A DNA stretch of 64,000 nucleotides from a candidate division Kazan bacterium RIFCSPHIGHO2_01_FULL_44_14 (lineage in GTDB: Bacteria > Patescibacteriota > Kazan-3B-28). The DNA is taken from contig METB01000001.1 of the NCBI GenBank assembly GCA_001771185.1, positions 631,200 through 695,199 on the forward strand, given 5' to 3'. The notes beneath the pieces are model-generated. The model was not told where the DNA came from. It made no database searches and worked only from the letters and a program-made list of their open reading frames with translations. This document shows positions 59,149 through 64,000 of the stretch, one piece after another. Made by a program: the position numbers and the translations under genes. Position 1 is the stretch's first letter, and every line of letters starts with the position of its first letter.

Positions 59149-60184
59149 ACTGCCGGACAGCGACTTGTTGTATGTTGGTTCTCGGATGCCAGCAGACCGT
59201 CAATTAGTGGAAACGGCCGGTTTAGTGTTTCAGCCGATTACGACTGGTAAGTTGCGCCGGTATTGGTCGTGGAAAAATTTTATTGATGGATTCAAATTTT
59301 TGACCGGACTAACTCAAGCCAAACGAATAGTGAGAGATTTTCAGCCGGACGTAGTGTTTGCCAAGGGTGGTTATGTGGCATTACCAGTGGTTTTGGCGGC
59401 ACATCAACAAAAGATTCCAGTAGTAATCCATGAATCCGACAGCCGGTTAGGACTGGCTAACCGGTTGGCCATTCCCTCGGCGACTAAAGTAGCAGTTGCG
59501 TTTCCGATTGAGGAATATTTTAAGTGTCAGCCCGGTTTGGGAAAATATCGGGCCAAGTTTATTTATACCGGGTTGCCATTGCCTGATTCTTTGATGATTG
59601 GAGAGGACAAGTCGTTGTTTGCTAATTCTAAACCCACTATTCTAGTAACCGGTGGATCGCAAGGAGCTCGGGCAATTAATCAGGCCGTCTGGAACGGCTT
59701 ACCCGAACTGTTGGCTAAGTATAATGTGGTTCATCAGGTTGGAACGGGGGGGGTGGCCGAAGCCGATCAGAGGCGGCAGGCGCTCCCGGCCGGGCTAGAT
59801 GCGAGTTATTTGCCATTCGATTTTGATGCCGAATTTTATCAACGAGCATTGCGGTCGGCGGACTTGGTGGTAGCCCGGGCCGGTTCGATGGTGTTTGAAT
59901 TGCAGGCATTAGGGAAACCAGCGATTTTAATCCCATTGCCGCATTCGGCGAACGATCACCAGCATCGCAATGCTAAATTTTTAGTAGAGCATCAGGCAGC
60001 GGTTGCCATTAATCAGCGTGATTTAACGGCTGATGGACTGTTGGCCGTGATTGAACAAGTCATGAGTGATGTTAAGTTAAGGCAGGAGTTATCGGATAAT
60101 TTAGCAGAACTGGGCAAGATTAATTTGGCAGCCAGCCGAGTATTGGCGGATCTAGTTATTAAGATTGGACGGCATGAAATATAA
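59069..60184 (+). CDS. murG: MurG glycosyltransferase
   Basis: GGGTGGH, GGYV, HES, GGSQGA. Confidence 0.95.
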   Translation: MKILLVGGGTGGHVMPTLAVAAQLKDKLPDSDLLYVGSRMPADRQLVETAGLVFQPITTGKLRRYWSWKNFIDGFKFLTGLTQAKRIVRDFQPDVVFAKGGYVALPVVLAAHQQKIPVVIHESDSRLGLANRLAIPSATKVAVAFPIEEYFKCQPGLGKYRAKFIYTGLPLPDSLMIGEDKSLFANSKPTILVTGGSQGARAINQAVWNGLPELLAKYNVVHQVGTGGVAEADQRRQALPAGLDASYLPFDFDAEFYQRALRSADLVVARAGSMVFELQALGKPAILIPLPHSANDHQHRNAKFLVEHQAAVAINQRDLTADGLLAVIEQVMSDVKLRQELSDNLAELGKINLAASRVLADLVIKIGRHEI

Positions 60185-60770
60185 TTTACCACGCTTAGGA
60201 CGGCAAATCGTCGGGGGACTGTTAGTTTTGGTTAGCTTATTTGTGCTAATAAATTGGCAATTTTTTGTTACACAAGTGGGTTTTTGGTGGCAACGCGATG
60301 TTTTACACCGAGTAGTTACTTTGGCGCCAATCATAACTGGGACGCCAGATACGGTGCAGATTCCGGGATTAGGAATTACGGCTCCGCTGGTTTATGTTGA
60401 CGATACGGATGTGCGAACATTTCAGACCGGTTTGGCCAATGGGGTAGTGCATTATCCTGATACGGCCAATCCGGGTGGACCGGGAAACGCGTTTTATTTT
60501 GGACATTCATCCGACTATATCAGCAAACCAGGGCATTATAAAACCGTGTTTGCATTACTGCCCCAGATTAATTTGAATGATGAGATATTGATTACCAACC
60601 AGCAGGGCCGATTATTTTCATATCGAGTCATCAGCAAACAAATCGTGTCGGCAACAGCAACGGAATGGCTTGACCAAGGTGATAACCACAGACGATTGCT
60701 GACTTTGCAGACATCTTATCCGATTGGAACAGCATTAAAGCGTTATATTGTTCAAGCAGAGATGAATTAA
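60174..60770 (+). CDS. Sortase-family protein with TLQTS in place of TLxTC
   Basis: GVVHYP..PG..GN..FGHSS, LTLQTSYP..R. Confidence 0.85.
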   Translation: MKYNLPRLGRQIVGGLLVLVSLFVLINWQFFVTQVGFWWQRDVLHRVVTLAPIITGTPDTVQIPGLGITAPLVYVDDTDVRTFQTGLANGVVHYPDTANPGGPGNAFYFGHSSDYISKPGHYKTVFALLPQINLNDEILITNQQGRLFSYRVISKQIVSATATEWLDQGDNHRRLLTLQTSYPIGTALKRYIVQAEMN

Positions 60771-61067
60771 TGACAAATGATAAATGGGAGATAAGTGATA
60801 AGTGAGGGAGAAAGAGTTAAGAGTTAAAATGATAAACTCTAAGTACGAAATAACAGATAAATTAAGATTCAACGTTCTAGAACCTCTTCTCGTCATTCCA
60901 GATCCGCCATCCGCCAACTGGCGGAGGCGGAAGTCCGGGATCCAGTAAAGAAAATAAAAAATCTATTTCTGTTTTGGTCTGGATTCCCGCGGGCGCGGGA
61001 ATGACAGTAGAGGGGTGGGAATGACAAAGAGGATTTGCGATTTGATTAGAAATTAGAAATTATTTTT

Positions 61068-62453
61068 ATGAATATAAAAAACAGGCATTATTTTTTGATT
61101 GGGATTGGCGGGATCGGGATGCAAACAGTGGCTCGGTTGTTGACTGATTCGGGTCACAAGGTGTCGGGATCGGACATAAAGGACTTTGACGCCAGTCGCG
61201 ATTTGAAATGTTTGGGAATGGAAATATTTATCGGTCATGACAAAAACCGTATTACCAAAGAAATTGATGAAGTGATTTATTCAGCAGCTATTCCCGAAAC
61301 CAATCCGGAATTGCAAATGGCTCGGAAGTTAGGGATTACAATCAGGCGGAGGTTGGAGCCAGTGGGGGACTTAATGAAAAGTAAGACCGGGATTGCGATT
61401 GCTGGGACTCATGGTAAGACCACCACTACCACCATGACTGCGCTGATTCTGCAAGCGGCTGGTCGTGATCCGTTGGCATTAATTGGTGCTGAAGTAAAAG
61501 ACGCTCATTCAAATGTGATGTTGGGGCACGGCCCGTTTATGGTGGTAGAGGCCTGTGAATATAGCCGATCATTTTTGGATTTAAGTCCCAAAATCGCTGT
61601 AATCACTAATATCGAAGCAGACCACTTGGATTATTATCGAGACCTAGATGAGATTAAAGATGCTTTTACTGATTTTCTAAAACTACTGCCTAAGGACGGA
61701 ATAATTATTGCTAATGGGGATGATTCAAATGTCCGAGAAGTGGTGGGACGAGTAAACCGGTCGGTGGTGTGGGCTGGTTTGGAGTCAGGCAATGATGTGC
61801 GGGCAACTGATATCGAATTTCGAGAAGGCAGATTATATTTTTCAGTGAATGGGACCAGATTGCATTTGCAAGTGCCTGGCCGACACAATGTCGCTGATGC
61901 GGTGTTGGCGTGGGCGGTGGCGCAATCGGTAGGGATTGATGACCAGACCATCAAACATGTATTGCAGGATGGGTTCAGAGGAGTTCAGCGGCGGTTTGAG
62001 ATATTGGGGACTACTTCGGGGGTTACTTTTGTAGATGACTACGCGCATCATCCGACCGAAATTACGGCAATGCTGGAAGGGGCCAGGGAGTATTTCGGGA
62101 AACGACGATTGTGGGTGGTGTTCCATCCGCACCAGTTTAGTCGGACTCGGATTTTGCTTAATGATTTCGCCCGAAGTTTTCGCAATGCCGATACAGTTTT
62201 GGTGGCGCCAATTTATGCAGTGCGGGATAGTGATGCAGACAAGAAATCGATTGACAGCGAACAATTAGTCGAGGCGATTAACCAAGTTAGCGGCAATGCG
62301 AAATATTTGGGTAACTTTTCAGCAATTGAAGATTTCTTAATTCGGGAATTAAAACCCGGAGATGTGTTGTTAACTCTAGGGGCGGGCGAAGCTAATTTGT
62401 TCGGTCGAGAGCTGTTGGACAAATTAAGACAGCAGTCGCAGGCGGTACTTTGA
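61068..62453 (+). CDS. murC: UDP-MurNAc--L-alanine ligase
   Basis: GIGGIGM, GTHGKTTT, EACE, DDYAHHPTE. Confidence 0.96.
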   Translation: MNIKNRHYFLIGIGGIGMQTVARLLTDSGHKVSGSDIKDFDASRDLKCLGMEIFIGHDKNRITKEIDEVIYSAAIPETNPELQMARKLGITIRRRLEPVGDLMKSKTGIAIAGTHGKTTTTTMTALILQAAGRDPLALIGAEVKDAHSNVMLGHGPFMVVEACEYSRSFLDLSPKIAVITNIEADHLDYYRDLDEIKDAFTDFLKLLPKDGIIIANGDDSNVREVVGRVNRSVVWAGLESGNDVRATDIEFREGRLYFSVNGTRLHLQVPGRHNVADAVLAWAVAQSVGIDDQTIKHVLQDGFRGVQRRFEILGTTSGVTFVDDYAHHPTEITAMLEGAREYFGKRRLWVVFHPHQFSRTRILLNDFARSFRNADTVLVAPIYAVRDSDADKKSIDSEQLVEAINQVSGNAKYLGNFSAIEDFLIRELKPGDVLLTLGAGEANLFGRELLDKLRQQSQAVL

Positions 62454-62545
62454 AGATAATTTCTAATTTTTAATTTCGAATTTCGAATCAAATCCCAATG
62501 ACTGAATGTTTCAAAATTAAGATATTAGGTCATTGATTCAAAGTA

Positions 62546-63421
62546 ATGTTAAAGAGGGGGTTTTCTACTAATTGGTTTACTAAAAAAAAGCGGTCAGCAC
62601 CGTCTCGGGTGGTGTTGTTTAACCAGCAACAAAAATATAATCAGCGAATGCGCGGTAATCTTTTGCGCAAAACCAGCGTCCAATTAACGGCGGCGAAACT
62701 AAGTCGACTGCGAACTCCTGCTAGGTGGTGGTCAAAGGTTCTGGTGGTGTTGGGACTGGGCTTGGTGGGATACCTGCTGTTTGGGACTAATTTATTTGTG
62801 TTGGATACTTTGCGGATTACTGGTACACACTTAACCGAACCCGATGCGATTCAGGCCGTATTGTTCCCGCGGGGGTTTACCAAAATGAATGCATTAACTT
62901 GGTGGGAAAGCCGAGCCAAACACAAAGTCGAATCATTGCCTCAAGTTCAGTTGGTTCACTTTGTGAAAAATTTTATTTCTGACACGTTGACAGTCGAAGT
63001 AACTGAACAGCAAATGGCGGTGGTGTGGCAGACGGCCGGGGAAAAGTTCTTGATTAATCGTCACGGAGTGGCATATGACCGAGCGGAAGAGGGGAACCCA
63101 CTGCTGACAATCGAAGATCTGAAAAATATTCCGATTAGTTTGAATCAGCGGATTGTAACATCGGACTTTATTGATTTTGTGACTAGTTTTGCGGCTAATC
63201 TTCCGCGCAAAACCAATTTGGTGATTCGGCGAATTACCGTGCCAGAGACCACTTTTGAAGTAGAAATGGAAACTAGCGAGGGTTGGAGAATTATTTTAGA
63301 TACGACTGGTAGTTATGACGAACAGCTCAATAATTTGGTCAGAGTATTACAGGAGATGGGGGATAGAAAGCCCAGAGAATATGTGGATTTGAGGGTGGGG
63401 AAGAAAGTGTTTTATAAATGA
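62546..63421 (+). CDS. ftsQ: FtsQ/DivIB-like POTRA protein
   Basis: Single TM, C-terminal EYVDLR, dcw position. Confidence 0.75.
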   Translation: MLKRGFSTNWFTKKKRSAPSRVVLFNQQQKYNQRMRGNLLRKTSVQLTAAKLSRLRTPARWWSKVLVVLGLGLVGYLLFGTNLFVLDTLRITGTHLTEPDAIQAVLFPRGFTKMNALTWWESRAKHKVESLPQVQLVHFVKNFISDTLTVEVTEQQMAVVWQTAGEKFLINRHGVAYDRAEEGNPLLTIEDLKNIPISLNQRIVTSDFIDFVTSFAANLPRKTNLVIRRITVPETTFEVEMETSEGWRIILDTTGSYDEQLNNLVRVLQEMGDRKPREYVDLRVGKKVFYK

Positions 63422-63429
63422 CCCGTTAG

Positions 63430-63800
63430 GGTCATCCTCGCGAAGGCGGGGGTCCAGACAGAAACAAAAAATTATTTCTTTTCCCGTCATTCTGAACTTG
63501 CGATGCCCCTCCATCTTGTCCGCCGAAGCCTCGGCGTAGGTTGGAAGCTCGGAGAGCGAAGGATGGGGTTCAGAATCTTTTTTATTTTTTCAAGCGTTCA
63601 CGCCCCGCTTGACCGGGCGGGCACTTTGTCTTGGCAAAGTGCCTCAAACCGCCCCGCCAGTTCGTCGGGTCTATTCATTGGCTAAATCCTTAGGGCGCTC
63701 TCGGCGGTATAGACCGCCTCCGCCCTTCCGTCGGCTGACGGACAGGATTTAGCTCAATTCAGGACGACCCTCCTCCAATGGCGGACGGGAGAGGGGGAAA
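63430..63800. repeat. GTCAT palindromes plus a family D repeat (63592-63800)
   Basis: 29-nt identity with the 34755 copy. Confidence 0.75.
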
Positions 63801-63861
63801 AAGACGAATCCACGCCAAAGGGCCGGTAAAGAGGAAAGGCGCTTCTAGAGCCACTTTTGGC

Positions 63862-63890
63862 TTGACAGTGAATCAGATTAGAAGTATAGT
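63862..63890 (+). promoter_or_regulatory. Sigma70 promoter for the gene beyond the window
   Basis: TTGACA-17-TATAGT. Confidence 0.6.
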
Positions 63891-64000
63891 TAGAGTGTAA
63901 GGTGTGTAGCTTGAAAACACCTGATAGAGCAGTCCCCGCCGTCTGGCTGGGAGCTGGTTTTGCCTACTAGCCACCGATTCTGTTGTCAACAGGACGGATT

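Overview
Bacterial chromosome segment in genetic code 11, most likely from a CPR/Patescibacteria genome. This is inferred from the reduced rpsB-tsf-frr-uppS-rseP block, short EF-Ts, single-subunit GlyRS and a sortase. It carries translation genes, secA, prfB with its programmed frameshift, ftsEX, tRNA-Val and a dcw cell-division cluster. The main accessory feature is a complete diversity-generating retroelement (DGR) inserted between mraY and murD. Its 125-bp VR and TR differ at 12 positions, all TR adenines. Its avd gene lies antisense and overlaps the RT gene head-to-head, and one shared G9 tract (51435-51443) puts both genes out of frame; G8 would restore both. The window is also dense with short palindromic or MITE-like repeats. 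These include about 10 in-frame insertions in essential proteins and the RT, a GIY-YIG gene bracketed by inverted copies of one family, four-helix-bundle genes whose flanks recur as gene-less elements, MITEs with 4-bp target duplications, and a covarying ~200-nt structured repeat. There is also an orphan Csx3-like gene and a sortase with Ser in place of the catalytic Cys. All calls come from manual reading; no searches were run.
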